Shown: in pieces, positions 63,241 to 64,000 of the stretch
Layout of the letters: every line of letters begins with the position of its first letter
How positions within the stretch are numbered: the stretch's first letter is position 1
Assembly (NCBI RefSeq): GCF_031769215.1
Contig: NW_026781899.1
Location: 310,001 to 374,000 of the forward strand
Direction: 5' to 3'
Length of the DNA: 64,000 nucleotides
From: Ylistrum balloti
Lineage: Eukaryota
The notes under the pieces: generated by a model
Databases searched by the model: none
What the model was told of the DNA's origin: nothing
The model's input: the letters and a program-made list of their open reading frames with translations, nothing else
Program-made: the position numbers and the translations under genes

Positions 63241-64000
63241 ACACGCCTCGGTTATATTGAATGATGAAAGAATGATAAAGCAGATAGTTCACATCACTGT
63301 TGTTAACATACTGGTGTTTTTTTTTTCGATTATTCGATCGAACCAATCAACAATGACTCTTATAAATATATTAGCGGAACGCTATTTCGTTCATGTTGTT
63401 TGACGATGATTCATGAACGGCCAATTCGGTGTTCAAAAATATCGGAAATTTACGACCAATTTCCTACAAAAATCTCAATACTTCTTTTTGAACCGTGACC
63501 CATAGACGTTAGCCGTTATTAGAGCAGGACGACGGCTTTATGTATTGTGTACATTCGAGTCACGTGGATGGAACAAAGTTTAAAAGATTATTTACAAAAT
63601 TGACCGCATTAATAGGTCGCAGTACACGGTCCATAGTATACCTTTACTAAACTGTGGGCACACAGACAGGATAGGATGAACAAGATTTATGCTTAAGAAG
63701 TTAGCGAACGTAAAAAAATTTTAATAATAATAATGATAATGATGATGATAATAACTTTTTGTATTAACACGTAATTGATAATTATATTACCACTATGGAT
63801 TTTGATATGCCTCGTGAGAATTTAAGGCAGACGGGGAATTCATTATTTTATTCAAAATGTTGTGGTACTTTTTATTTCTTATTATCGCGGGGAAAATATC
63901 GTCATTAAATTCGCGATTTAAAATAATATTTATCGTTGTCAAATAAATAAATAAATAAATAAGAATTTCAAGTCAAGTGATTTTATGTTTGTTTATCAAT

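Overview
AT-rich, intron-containing animal genomic DNA. The repeat style suggests an invertebrate, probably a mollusc (inference). Five protein-coding genes were rebuilt by hand from splice sites and intron phase. CEP72 (minus, 14 exons traced, 3' end not resolved) lies head-to-head with FBXO15 (plus, 15 exons, complete). Two tandem uncharacterised paralogs (minus) share an AT-hook-like motif plus a four-cysteine motif. One gene (minus) has a single 5.4-kb coding exon with 12 C2H2 fingers and AT-hooks. The window also holds a tRNA-Leu(TAA), many mini/microsatellites, SINE/MITE copies and a CR1/L2-like LINE fragment. The most unusual signals are: (1) three 20-34 bp palindromic inserts (CAGAGACGTATA-type ends), each flanked by a perfect 7-bp target duplication and all in promoters, resembling P-element-type excision footprints; (2) a 253-bp insert with 14-bp direct repeats carrying a minimal type I hammerhead ribozyme fold; (3) the paralog pair with a shared, unrecognised C4 domain. 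No database searches were possible.
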